Below, piece by piece: positions 10,118 through 22,925 of a DNA stretch of 50,761 nt. Each line of letters opens with the position of its first letter. Within the stretch, counting starts at the first letter, position 1. A program made the position numbers and the translations under genes. Below the pieces are notes generated by a model. It worked only from the letters and a program-made list of their open reading frames with translations, was not told where the DNA came from and did no database searches. The DNA comes from Basidiobolus ranarum (lineage: Eukaryota), in contig JASJQH010000017.1 of assembly GCA_040143965.1 (NCBI GenBank), positions 1 through 50,761 on the forward strand, in the 5' to 3' direction.

Positions 10118-13100
10118 ATGACCAAGGTAGGAGTGTATGGAAAGTATATCTACAAAGAAAATAAATCTAAAGCAGGGACTATTTAGCTTTCAGAAACTAA
10201 TCGAGCCGGTTTGGATGAGAATGTGGATTGTTATACTTTAGTTAAAACCCTTTTACAAGAGGTAAAGATTAAAAGTTCGATTTGTCAAGTTTCAAGAGAG
10301 AAGTCAAGAATTCATAACGAAAATAAACTTCTACTTCTAAATAAACGATTTTAGGCTACTTCAAAATCGACAACTGTTCGATATACAACATACAGTAAAC
10401 TTATATGGCTACTTAAAGTATACCTCTTAGTTCCCTGTTCTTTTTATCCTTTTCCAACTTCTAAATTCCGCTTCTATTTAGGTTAAAAATCTTCGTACGG
10501 TAAAACCCGCCTTGGATCAGCTAAAATCCTACACTTCCACTTTGATTCTTGAATTATCCGATCGACAATATTTAATTCGTAAAGCATGCCTAGAATTGAT
10601 CGCCTGGATAAGTGTTATTTCTTGGAGTGAACAGGCTCTCGAAAAGATAGTAGATCCTAGAGTGCTTACTTCAAGAGAGCTACAAATGATTATAGGGAAT
10701 TATGCGCTAGACGCAGATCCACGAGTTCGTCAAGTATGTAGTCTAGTGTAACTTTTTGTAAGTGGTATAAATAGTCGAACAACCAAGTAATAATATATAC
10801 CTATGAATATATTTTAGACTTCCTTACATACTTTGTATCAATTACATTTGCGTGGATATAGATTGGATTTAATTATATATCGACTGAGTTTATCCGCTTT
10901 AAAGGACGACTTTGAAGAAGTTAGAACCGAAGCATTGCAACTTATTTGGTACTATTTTACGACATTCGTTACGTGATTTATCATAACTCACTCGAATGTC
11001 TTTTCGTAGGGTACTGAGTACTACATACCCGGAGCACATGGTTCGAGTCCCACATGAAACGGTCAATGAACAAATTCGACTTGTAGACGATGCATTTGTT
11101 AAAATCTGTGATATGGTCAACGATATATCCATCAAAGTTCGAACCAAGGTATTCATGGGAATATAACGCCTTATTTTTATGCAGTTTCTGAATTTTTTCT
11201 AGGCGTGTAGTATAATGGGAGGTTATCGTTACGTCGATTTCAAATTTCTTTCTCAAACTTTTAGTAAGAAAGTCATGTCACATTTGAAAAGACCAACTCA
11301 CAGAACTGTCGGAGGCGCCCCAGCACCTAAAGGAAAGCAAGTACGTATACCTCATTTTGAAGTCGACATGATTCTGGGAATGCACTAATATCATGGATAT
11401 TTGTAGAAAGGAAAGAGTATACCCACACCTGAAGGTGATTTGGATGTTGAGTCAGATGAGTTCAGATTGTTAGATTCTGGCGCTTGTGGTGCATTCATTC
11501 ACGGACTTGAAGATGAGTACCAAGAAGTACGAAATGCTGCAGTAGGTTAGTTCTCGCTTCAGATACGTGTTTTCGTGATTTTGTTATTCAAAAGTTTTGT
11601 TTGTTGTGTAGACTCTATTTGCGAGTTGTGCATGTATTCTGAGGAGTTTTCTGCTCGTGCTGTTGATTTCCTTGTAGGTAAGTACAATTATGGTATCATT
11701 GACGATACGTTTGTGAATTGTTGTAACTTTTGAAAACTTTCTTTAGACATGTTTAATGATGACATTGACCACGTTCGCCTAAATTCCATCAACAGTTTGC
11801 GGAAAATTGGTAGTAAATTCCTAATTAAACTAGATGCAGAGCAGTTGCAAATTGTACTTGGAGTATTAGAAGATGCTAATAGAGTAGTGCGAGAGTCCGT
11901 CCATGGAATGCTAAAGTATGCTTAATGTTACGAATATTGTATTGTCCATTTATTAATAACATCCATTAGGGTTGTTATCATGGAATCCGGAGGATGCATC
12001 ACCATGTTTCTTGAGGCTTTGATGAATAATATGAACAGATATCCGAAAGATCAAGTATCCATTTATAAATGCTTTAGAGTAGTAGGTCAGCGACATCACG
12101 AGATGATTGGTACGTAAAGTTGCTTATCTACTGTAGATGGTATCTTCCAATGGATCCTACTTAAGAGTCTCACATTAATTCCTACCACAGAATCACAGGT
12201 ATCGGATCTGCTTAAATTGGACCGCGTTTTTATGACTCGCGAAGCCAACCCAGATGACCCGCAATGTAACTATCAATTAGACACCATCACACACATTTTA
12301 CTTGGTTGACTGAAGATATCAATTAGATGTTGGCCACTTGATTTTGGTTATGAATGCTGCACTCAAAAATACCAGAATCTTACCGGTACTTCCGAAATTT
12401 GTTTATAAACATTATCCATACCTCCAGAGCAAATTCCCTGGCTGTTTCCCTGATGTAGAGGTACTGATTTGCCTTAGCTCTGAGATCTCTGATTAGTTAC
12501 TGACAGATTACAAACCTAGCCTTCAGGAACGGTGGTACAGGCGGAAAAGAATACATATGGATGTCGAAAGCTAGATGACATGAATTCTGATGGTAACTGG
12601 GTTACATTTAGGGATAATTTGATATGCAATAGAGTTTAATTTATCTTGAATCGACATAGCACACGTTACGGACTTTACCAACAGAGTTTTTGCCAGAGTT
12701 CAGGAGATCTATGAGACCATTTTTGTGAGCAAGCATCTGGATGTAGACATAGTTATTGAGAATTGTACAAGGTTTTTCGTCTCTCTATTATTGTGATATA
12801 TGTATTTTCATTCTAATAGCAAGTTTATTGTAGAGATCTTGGTTACATCAATCAACTCAAACCATTGTTCGTTGGAAAAGCCAATTTTTGTATATTGCTA
12901 TTAGAATGTTATACAATTATAGTTCATGTAAGTACGAAGTATATCGTTGTGTGTGAAGCTTATATTTATACTCGTCGCTTTTACAGGCCAAAAAAACCCA
13001 CATGCAACTAGGTTTTATGAACATGGCACCACAGTTAGCGTCCAATTTACTAGAGCTTTCTTATCGTTTGGAGAAAACGTTTCTTGGTTTAACTGGAACC

Positions 13101-14170
13101 ACTAAACTTGACGTTATACACATTCGATTGTTGGCCAACATTTTGTGGCTTATTGGATCGCTTAATGGTAGCAGCAGGTATAGTATGGGACTTACTTCCT
13201 CAGAGCATGCAGTGTAGCTAACTTTGCAATAGCCAATTCAGTCTACAAGAAAACGTGCAATTATTCGTGAAAAGAATTACTTATCTGCAAAAGTAAGTTC
13301 CATTTCGATATACTCTTGATACTTTTTTACTGACAGCATGTGGCGTATCTAGGATTTCAAGACAGGAAGGCATATGTCTTACCAGCCTTGATCATTTGAA
13401 GTCCGAGCTCATCAAAATTGAAAACTCACCTAATCCCAATTATCTTTTCTTACTACTACCGCACATTATGGTATATTCGAGTTTTTCTTATTGAATCTAC
13501 CCGCTTGATGTGCGATAATATTTACGAGATGATCTATAGGAATTTACTTTACTAATGCCCGACCTCAAAAGCACCATCAAACAAACCACTGGTGAAATAC
13601 TTTCACCTACTTCTAATCCAGAAAAACCAGTGGAATACTTGTCAATCATACCGTTAAGAATACGCATTGAGGCGGAGCTATTCAATGTAGTTGATGTTGG
13701 AACAATCGGCATCCAGGTACCGTTTTCCCATTCTATAGTTGTTGTAAGTAATCAGTGGTTCTAACCGTCAAATAGGTCACATATCCGGATAGATCTATAG
13801 AGTACTTTTGGCCTTCTTCGTCTAAATTCATCCCAGTACGTCCATATTGTTACAAATTAAATACTAAACTAGACATCAAGCAAAATGCGTGGACAGGTAA
13901 GCCAAGAGCAAATATTCACCCTCGCTTGTAATGCTTTACTTACTTTCTACGGTTGCTTTCTTATTAGCCAATTGCTACATTGAGTTTCATTTGATCAAGT
14001 TAATCGAACCTGATATTCCCAAGTATGATAATTTAATTTTGAACCAATGTAGAAGGCACCAGATACAACACACCATCAATTCGAAATGCTTGGTAATTCA
14101 GATCACGAACGAACCGTTGAAATATCATATCTCCCCCAAGTTAGGTTTCACTCATATCAGGAGCCACTAA
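10118..14170 (+). CDS. INTS4: Integrator complex subunit 4 (HEAT repeats), ~19 exons; start position uncertain (about 9880-10120)
   Basis: Spliced segments QIRLVDDAFVKICDMVNDISIKVRTKAC...FLSQTFSKKVMSHLKR and LLDSGACGAFIHGLEDEYQEVRNAAVDSICELC...AVDFLVDMFNDDIDHVRLNSINSLRKI closely match animal INTS4 motifs as I recall them. The last exon ends at TAA 14168..14170. Confidence 0.88.
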
Positions 14171-14557
14171 ATGACTCGGAAATAAACAAGCCTTACATTG
14201 CTATCCACGGCTGTTCAACATTTTTTGTTCATTGCGGTGGCGTAAAAGAGAATTCAGTACATCGAATATACTTATAATTCAGGGGATGGGCAAGTGAGTG
14301 CTAAAAACGCCACTTTAAGTCACGTTGATTCCATTGTTAAATGTGTGTATGTGAAGGTAGATCAATTCAACTTAGTCCTCTACAATGTACAGTCGACAGG
14401 TACCATGTTTATTTTTCGTGATATGTATTTGGAATGCGAAATGTATGAAAAATTGATGGTTTCTGGGAGAATTATATGATCAAAGACATGTGAAATAACA
14501 TTCGAGAATTTTGGAAATTAAAAGTGTATGTTAAATATACTTCTGGAAGCTCTCTTT

Positions 14558-17064
14558 TCAATGATGAGGGCCGCACATGTGCTCACGAATAGGACAGGCT
14601 AATGGGCTGGCATCGCCAATAGTCACTTGATGATCTTGTCCTTGGAATCTATACGAAATCTTGAGCTGCTTACGAGAGCCAAAACAAGGATCGTAGAATC
14701 CAATGATATTGGCCTATTTGTGAAGATAAAAACATGGATTTTAGGCGATGATCAGGGTTTAAGAGAATCAAACGGTTCTTACCTTGGAATGGCCACCAGC
14801 AATAATCAACTGAGAGTTATTGACCAAAGCTTGAACAGCTATGGTTACATCGGCGATGTCCAATTCATTTTCACTATCAAAATTACCGTATAAAGCTTGA
14901 CCAACAACCAAACCTAGCGATCAAAAACAATGATTGAATGATTAGGAGATGGATGAAGGAGGATAGTCCAATTTGAAGTACCATTCTTAGCTTCCTCTTG
15001 CTGTTGTTTACGAGTAGCTGATTCCTTCATGAGTCTCATAGCATCGACCGCTTCTTTTTTACGTTCTTCTAAATACTCGTTGTGATGATTTCTAAGGAAT
15101 TCGATTTTTCTAAATAAAAAGATCAGGTTTAGCCATTGGGTATTTCTCAACATGCGATCTACGCGTAAATTATTACTCAATCGCTAAGCGTTTTCTTCTA
15201 GGAGAGAGCCAGGTTCTATCCAATAAATAGAAGGCGGCAGAAGGAAGGATGATGGCCCAAAAGGTATGACGGATATCAAACTCGGGAGACAATATAAGAG
15301 GGAGTGTTAACCGTTGACCAAGACGACTCAGCCTGAATGGAAAATTGGATGTCAGTGCAATGCAGGAGAGTCTTGAGAATAAATATATACAAACCTTAAT
15401 TTAAGAGTAACACCGCTGGCATTTCCGGACTCTATTGCGAGTCCTACCCGATTATGCTCGGAGACTTTGGTATCTCCGCCAACGGCAGCGATTACTCCGT
15501 TGGTTGCGCAAATGAAAGCAGCACGAATCTTGGTGGCAGCATTCAGCTTCTTGGTATAGTCAATGGAGATACGTGATGTCCCAGCACTGGCCTAGATAAA
15601 GAGATCGTTAGCGTGCAAGCGATATAGCATCATTCACTTTATCCATTTAAATTACTTGAAGCTCAAGAGAGTATCTGCTGTTAAGGTTTTGCTTCGATAC
15701 ACCGACTGCGGCAGTAGAGTACTCCTGCTCAAAATCAAATACGTTGCCGTAGTATTCTCCCCATGGGCCAATGCTATATTGTCCAGACTTGTATTTGACG
15801 TATCCTGTTGTTTCTTCACCAATACGTCTTCCGGCAGTTAGCCGAAGTACAGGAGGAGCGCGCCATGTGTTGGTATAAGTCTCACCCATCAGAAAACTAT
15901 TGGCTGAGATGGTACGGAATACTTTGGCACCAATCAATTTGGGATCAAACAAAGAGGTAGTAAACTGCACAAGTGCAAATGTGTTAATCAGGATGAAGAG
16001 ATCCAAAGCATGAGTCTATGGTTTTACCTCAGCCCATAAGTGCGGATTAAAGGTGTGCCGAATAGTACCGAGAATATTTCCACTACCCATTCCTTTCCTT
16101 GAGTTCATGTTACCACGTAAAATAACTTGCGTTTTGTCCGAGATATTGGTCTGGTTCCAAATAGATTGGATTATGATCGTTTGAGACATACATGGCTGTT
16201 ATACAATAAATACCTGGATTGAATGCTTGAGCTCAAGCTGACTAATGTCACATTTGGAAACTCGGTTTATAAAGCCTGGTTCATGATAGCGTGCAAAGGA
16301 TGGATCGAACATGGGGGATAGATCCAGACCAAGATTGATTTGGCTCTAATTGTCAGGAGATTGTTATAATCCCGTCGATGAGACAAATAAGCAGGGATAC
16401 TAACCTTAGTATTGACGATGTTTTCCAATTCTCGTTCACGTATCTTCTGCACCATGCGCTCGTATTCCTCCTCCATCTTCAATATCAGTGTAAGCAGATC
16501 GAGGTATTTGGACGCCAAATCTAATACAGAATCGAACATACCTCCTTAGGGGTTTTAATTCTCGGGCCAACCTCATAGGTACTATTGAGACCTTGCTCTC
16601 CATACTTGTCATAGATAGAACGCTTAGCTACAGTGCTTAGTACTATATGCCATTTGAGGTTGAGGTGTATAAGTCTCTGTAAATAATCAAATATAGGAGT
16701 TTAACAATAAATACCATCATAAGCACGTTGCACAGCCACAAATCTAACTTGTGCTAGATCTTTAAGTTCTTGTTCAGGATAATTATTAGGATGGAGAGAA
16801 GAGCATGCGTTTTTGTATGCAGTTTCAATCTCCTCTACGGATGCCTATTGGTTAAGCATATAAGTTTTTTCTTCGAATTGGTAAAATAGTAACAGAGATT
16901 TAAATATTGAGAATAGATGTTCTTCGTACCGTTCTGGAAATGTTTAGTAGCCCATAGTAATCATTCTCTGGAGTTCTTAATGACTTTTGAAAGTCGAAGT
17001 TTTGCTCATCCAAGTCGTGTTCAAAAGTATCACTAACAGTTTCTGGAGCAAGTAAAGGATCCAT
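14558..17064 (-). CDS. DNAJC11: DnaJ homolog subfamily C member 11 (N-terminal J-domain plus C-terminal DUF3395-type domain), multi-exon
   Basis: The N-terminus reads DYYGLLNISRT|ASVEEIETAYK...HPN...AYD|VLSTVAKRSIYDKYGEQGL...RIKTPKE|MEEEYER. The C-terminus reads DVTIAVQALVNNSQLIIAGGHSK|ANIIGFYDPCFGSRKQLKISYRFQGQDHQVTIGD. Confidence 0.88.
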
Positions 17065-18781
17065 TGTTTTGTATATGGTGGTTTGTTCACCAACACTTGA
17101 CTTTCGGTTCAAAGTAACTCTGCTTGAAGCAATAAATTTGTGCAGTCCACGCAGGAAATTGGGGGAGATCTAGGTTGATTAAAATAATCGGAGTAAATTG
17201 TTGTTTAAAACATCCATTTCGTGGATAAAAAGCGGTTAAAAAGTATTAAATCGAGAATTCATGGAATCCTCCAAATCCACTTAATGCAAGCTAGTAGTTG
17301 TGGTATTTCTTTCTTACCATCAGAGCCATTGAGGATTACGCGAGTATGTTGTCAATGCAATACCTGAAACTCAGAGAAACAAAAAATTTCCTCTCTGACC
17401 GAATTGGTTACCAAGATCTGCCACTATGAGTAAAGAAAAATGCGTAAGTGCCACAATGACGATATAGTTTGGTGTAATTCTTAATATCTGCATCCTACCC
17501 CCACCTGCTTTAGTGATCTCCTCGTTAGTCAGGAGAGCCATGTTGACAGGATGGCTACGGTCGATACGGAGGAAATTAATCCGGATTGAGTCGGAGTAAG
17601 AAGTTGTGAAAATAACGGATCCTAGCGGCGTCTAAAGATTTGCACATCATGATCCTCAGCTATTCGGTTCATTCGGTGAGTACCTGTAGTATATCTAGAT
17701 TTTTTTGATCAGTGCGCAACATCTAAGTAGCTGGGACAAGAAAAAATGAAGCCTGTAGTAGGGATCTATTATTGAGGGAAGTAGGGATAGGATGTCTCAC
17801 TTCCGAGGTTATACAATTGGCAGATATAGTAGAATATCCACAATTCATGTCTAAGCCGCACAGAAATAGCGCTTCTCACCTTGTGTCAGCTACTTGAAGT
17901 CAGACTTTGCCATTATTGCTAAGACTAACAGGTTAGAGGAGCATCAACCATTTTCACAAAGTCTGGAGATGTTTCAAAATTAATACTCAATCACTGAAAC
18001 TTTATATTGTATTATTAAGCTGGTATTTCCAAACTCGATGCCAAGTATTTAGAGTTGGACCAAGTTTTTGAATAGATATGTAAATTAAAACTATTGCCTT
18101 TGAGGATATCCTGGAAAGACCACAATCACTATTGTTTAAGGAGGTGGGGAAGCTTGGTTGGTAGATAGGGATTCTGATGCAGGTATGCCGTGGACACGCG
18201 TAACTAGGGTACAGGCAAGATGTAACCTGAGAGTGAATGGTCGTTGTTGGATAGCACAAAGTTGTTCAAGAGCTTTGGAGAGAGTGTGGTATGGGTTTCT
18301 ATATTAGACGTGTATATTAGACGTGATAGACACCATCTACATGATGTCTCATACTGGAGTAGCTCATATCAAGCCCATCTAGTAGTTGCATTGATATCAA
18401 GTTTGAACACAAACCCATCTTATGGTTACATTGACATCCTGGTTTGAACACAACTATTACGTATAAGTGGTGTAGGTTGATGAATAATAATTGATCGTAA
18501 TCAAAAAATAACTTCATTGAATTAGTTGTGAAGTAAGCCACATGTAATAACATACTTCTTGAGTTATATTACACTAAATAGTACATTAATGTTGTAAAGG
18601 GAAGTCTGAATCTCACGAAGTCAGACGGAGGGAAGGATTGAAATTAACTTCTGTCCATCCAGGCGTGAAAAGAAGATTATGAAAGATGCTTTCCATAAAA
18701 ATACATATATAATACATCGAAAAATGAATAGGTTGAAGCTGAAGGAATCAACATATGTAAATTTCATAGAAGTTGCTCAGC

Positions 18782-19585
18782 TCATGAATAATCCTTCATG
18801 TTATCGAAGTTTTCTCCTTTCATGCTTGCATGTAGCTTTGCGTGACGACGAAGGTTGGAAAGGACGGAGAACTGGCTATGACACCCCTCCTCAAGACATA
18901 CAAATGGTTTTTCACCAGTGTGTGAATAGGTGTGTGTCTTTAATGAACTAGGTCGCGCAAACCGTTTTCCGCAAAAGGTGCATTGGTATGGCTTACGAAT
19001 GGTAGTTGGCATTGGTTTAGATGGACCAACAGCCAAAGGGAGTGCTCTCCTAAAGCTTGTAAGATTATCGTTGAATGTATCTGTAAAGGATCCATCTGGA
19101 ATCCTTTGCAGCCCAAAGAATCCTGAGCTAGAGTCGACTTTTTGTATCTTTGTATTGAGGGTCCCATCATGTTGTTCTACATTGTAATCATCGGACTTTC
19201 TCTTTCGCTCATGATGTTGACGCAAATAGTCGAATCCATCGGGGGATGATGGAGTTGAAGATAACGATGATGTCGAGCCAGAATATGCCTCTGAAGGAGA
19301 GGATTTTGCTGAACCGCCTAGAATATTGGCGTCGCAATTACAGCCAACTTCACAGCATCCAAAGAGGCTTAAAGTCCTGTGCTTTTGAGCAAGATCAGGA
19401 TTCAAAGATTTGTCAAAACCAGCGTGAAGGGGAGAAATTAGAATCTGAGGTTTGAACGAGGGTGCAGCGATCTTGGCATGCTGTAGATATTCTTTGAATA
19501 ACTCTGGGAAAAGTGAACGCGGACTAGGTAGTATTGGAGAATCCATCATTTCCTCTCGATTCTGTTCGCATTGTGAGAATCTCAT
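18782..19585 (-). CDS. FlbC-like two-finger C2H2 transcription factor, single exon
   Basis: YQCTFCGKRFARPSSLKTHTYSHTGEKPFVCLEEGCHSQFSVLSNLRRHAKLH has the RPSSL/SNLRRH finger pair typical of FlbC-type factors. The middle is Ser-rich and the N-terminus has an LPSPR motif. The first ATG is at 19585. Confidence 0.88.
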   Translation of the reverse strand: MRFSQCEQNREEMMDSPILPSPRSLFPELFKEYLQHAKIAAPSFKPQILISPLHAGFDKSLNPDLAQKHRTLSLFGCCEVGCNCDANILGGSAKSSPSEAYSGSTSSLSSTPSSPDGFDYLRQHHERKRKSDDYNVEQHDGTLNTKIQKVDSSSGFFGLQRIPDGSFTDTFNDNLTSFRRALPLAVGPSKPMPTTIRKPYQCTFCGKRFARPSSLKTHTYSHTGEKPFVCLEEGCHSQFSVLSNLRRHAKLHASMKGENFDNMKDYS

Positions 19586-20405
19586 TGAATAATAAATGTA
19601 GAAGAGTTGATAAAGCAGATCTTGTGAGTTGGTAGAGTGATGGGGATTCCTATTATATAGCAACAGCAAAACAAGAAATCGGATTTCTCCAACTCCATGG
19701 CCCCTATGCTCTGTATCAAACCTTTCCCCTTGGCCACATGCCACTTGAGGACGGATAAGCAAGTCTAGTTGGAGATGGATCAGTACTACTTCAATTTGAA
19801 GTACAATGTTTAAATCAACGTCAATGTAGTGAGCCTTCTCCTACAATTCTCTTAATTATGGTTGACTTCAATCTTCCCTTTTTTGCCATGAAAAGGATAA
19901 TCACAATTGCAGTCCAAAGCGTGACTTAATTGATGGAGTACAATCACAACGATCGTCATTAACGATTTTAACAAGTGAAAGGGAGACACCATTGCTGAAA
20001 TTGAAAAAAGCTACATAGTCCCTCTTACGATGCTAACTTGAGATAATACGAGACAATATGCAAATAATGGGGCTGTTTCTACCGAAGGGCTATCAAACCT
20101 TCAGCGCGCCTCCCATGTAGACATTACAGCCGGTTTCTGAGACAGAGTGATAAAGATCCATCTCCAGATCAAGCTTCGGCAAATTGTCGTGATCACGGTT
20201 ACTTTAAAATCGCATGTGAAGCGTAAGCCTGTTTAGTAATAAACAATAAGTCTCCTCAATTGCCTTGTATGGCCAAAATAAATAAAGGAGATGCAACGTG
20301 ATTCGATTGGTCGAGCTTCACTGAGCATAACAAACAAGCGACCATTTGCTAGTCTTCAAACTGTCCCTGTTGCTAGAGTGAATCATCCCCTAAGGCCCTC
20401 GCTGG

Positions 20406-20465
20406 GATCAGGCAATCTTTATAGTTACTTAGATCAGGCATCTTTATAGCTACTTAGATCAGGCA
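20406..20465. repeat. Imperfect 25/26-bp tandem repeat, about 2.4 copies
   Basis: The units read gatcaggcaatctttatagttactta / gatcaggcatctttatagctactta / gatcaggca. Confidence 0.85.
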
Positions 20466-21444
20466 CTATCACAATAATAATCCAACCTCAATATGGCTTG
20501 GATCAGACAATCTCCATAAATTTGCATATTCCTGCGTCTATTGACTGGACTCGAAAACTCGGATAAACAAGAAACATCAAATGCTGTATGTATACTATCT
20601 AATTAGCATTCGAAGTTCAAGCACATACAGGATTGAGATAAACGGTTAAAATGAGATTTAAATACAATCACACTTAGAACACCAGCAAATAACGACCTGT
20701 CCATTTGACATATTTCCTAAAGATCTCCCTTCCGAGCATCTAGTTAGCTCCATCAATGGTGATCATTGAAAAATATCCATTTCGATTCTAGCTAATTGTT
20801 TAGCCTAGCCCTGGCCCTTTGAGCCATAAACCTGCCTTAGTACTGAATTAATAATCTACCTGCGTCAGGGCTGTATGTCAACAAACATGCGACTTGTTCT
20901 GGGGTTTATTGTTGGTAAATGTTAAATCTGAAGGGATCTATAGACATTTCCTATCGAGTGATTTGCGATAGTGATCTGACGATATAGCTGTGATATGGAG
21001 AATAGCGCCAGCAACATCCGCTTTGTTGCATGTAACCTGGATATCCGAGTTGATTCAGTAAATCCAGTTGCTTAAAAATGCTGAATATACATGAAGAGTG
21101 TCCAGTAGAGAGCCATTATACTCTGGAAAGAAAATAGTGCCTGCTATCTAACTTGCTTGTGACCAGCATTTTGCCATGTATAGAAGACCAACCAGTTCCG
21201 AGTACGATTCTCATCAAGATAGTTCTTCCCAAATGGAACTTACCAGTACTAGGATTTGAACTCGGGTATTGAACTCGGGTATTACAATGATTACTGATTC
21301 AACATTAGCTAACAGGATATAAAATATTACGGGCTAATCGGATATGCCCGCTTTACATCCACCCAACTATTCGGCATTGCTGGGGAGAAGTACACAGATG
21401 GAGCGATTGTTCCAGGACATGTTTAGCCATCAAATTGGATTAAA

Positions 21445-21540
21445 TAACGACTACTCTCAGCACTCAGCGCTCATTGTACCTCACTCTCATCCTAACGACT
21501 ACTCTCAGCACTCAGCGCTCATTGTACCTCACTCTCATCC
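21445..21540. repeat. Perfect 48-bp tandem duplication
   Basis: taacgactactctcagcactcagcgctcattgtacctcactctcatcc occurs at 21445..21492 and again at 21493..21540. Confidence 0.95.
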
Positions 21541-22264
21541 ACTGGATGTGGAAATATTTAGTAAAATTATATCTCCCTATGGCTGTTTATGTGCTCAATG
21601 TGTTCGTTTGATATATTGCTATAGAAAGGAAGGGCTGAAATATGTTTCAGGCCTTGAAATTCATTTTATACAAAATGGATAGTGTCAAATCCCCTTTGAA
21701 GTCATTTGTATTCGATGACTTCTTATCTGCAGAAGCTTGTTCTTACTTACGGTATTCAACACTCGATACACTTAATTAGTGGCTGAGTTTGTTCTTTAAT
21801 CCTTGTTCCCACGCAGAGAAAATCTTTAATGGATCAGCCAACTACATTGCACCATAATATTCAATAAATTAATGCAAGACAGCTCTAATTATGTGCTGAA
21901 TATTTCCTTCAATTTAACCTAAAAACACGCTCAGTGATATTACCAAACAAGATATCTAATCCAATCCTTCTGTAAGACTCTTGCTAAACCTCTTCACAAG
22001 CCCGGATTGAGTGAGTCTCTTTTATTGTGACCCTTAAATAGTTCAAAACGAACTAGTTACCAATGCTTACGAATTCTGGAATCATTCCCCCACAAATCAA
22101 CACATATCTAACATTTAGCCAATTTGTTAGTTCGTAGCTTAGACTATGTACTTACAAATCAACTTGTATATAGAAACTATGCACTTATAAAATCAATATA
22201 GATGATAAATTATATATTTACTTGAATAAAGCACCACAATGTAAGTGCAGTGACCATAATATCA

Positions 22265-22925
22265 TTATTCGCTGGTCCTACGGTTCTTATTCGAATCAAG
22301 CTCTTCTTCAGATCCAATAGAGGCCTTCCGTTTCTTTGCCAATGTTACTGCACTTAAAGAATCGTCAAATTGAGTTTCTTCAAAATCCTCATTAGTATCT
22401 TCAGTAACTTCGTCTGTGCCATTAGCTTTAGATTTGCTCTCCTTTTTCTCTTTCATCAAACGCCGGTATTCTGTCGATTTGAGGCGTGTAAGTAAAACGG
22501 TGCTTAATGGAAAGTACTCAAAAGCTACTTTACCTGCTAGTTCGAGCTCGAGCTTTGGGAGAAAATCCGAAAATTCTGCGGTGCTTAAACCTTGTAATAC
22601 ATTATTGGTTGTGATGGTTTTCTTCGTTCCTGCATGCTCATTTGCGCTACGTTAGAGAGTTAAGGAAGTGTAAATGAAATCCACAAAAATCACTTCGAAA
22701 CCATAAAATAAGGATACATCGCTGTCAAATAACTAATAAATACAACTGCTGCTTTAGATATTGCTGACTTGGCTTCTCTGTTAATGATACTCCCGGAAGG
22801 TAACTTAAAATTAGTAAATACCAAGCACAAACTTCGAGACAAATATTAATTCAAATACAGACATCTTCCTTGGCAATGTCTACCAGTACAGATTTCGGTA
22901 GTTCGAGTTTGTCAAGAGGTAACAT
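22265..22925 (-). CDS. DPB4: DNA polymerase epsilon subunit 3 / CHRAC17 histone-fold protein, 4 exons
   Basis: The spliced product begins MLPLDKLELPKSVLVDIAKED|LPSGSIINREAKSAISKAAVVFISYLTAI|ANEHAGTKKTITTNNVLQGLSTAEFSDFLPKLELELAE|YRRLMKEKKE and continues into an acidic tail. Confidence 0.88.
22647..22717 (-). other. U12-type (minor spliceosome) GT-AG intron, intron 2 of DPB4
   Basis: The 5' splice site is GTATCCTT and the branch site TTCCTTAAC ends 12 nt upstream of the intron end. The intron is 71 nt, phase 2, and its removal restores the frame (AT|C = Ile). Confidence 0.9.

Noticed and set aside
11040-11052. GGTTCGAGTCCC resembling a tRNA T-loop/B-box
   Set aside because: It lies within an INTS4 coding exon (MVRVPH), and no acceptor or anticodon stems can be formed around it.
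11916-11969. INTS4 intron starting GTATGCTT, a possible U12 intron
   Set aside because: It mismatches the U12 donor at +5 and has no TCCTTAAC branch site. GTATGC is an ordinary fungal U2 donor.
20406-21540. Repeats as a possible CRISPR array
   Set aside because: They are head-to-tail duplications without spacers, in a eukaryotic context with no cas genes.
21344-21682. 112-aa ORF containing a 16-aa repeat
   Set aside because: Its length is inflated by the 48-bp duplication and it has no recognisable domain, so it is probably spurious.
6739-22925. Two histone-fold genes (HAP5, DPB4) as a functional cluster
   Set aside because: They are about 14 kb apart, separated by unrelated genes, and belong to different complexes, so proximity is likely chance.
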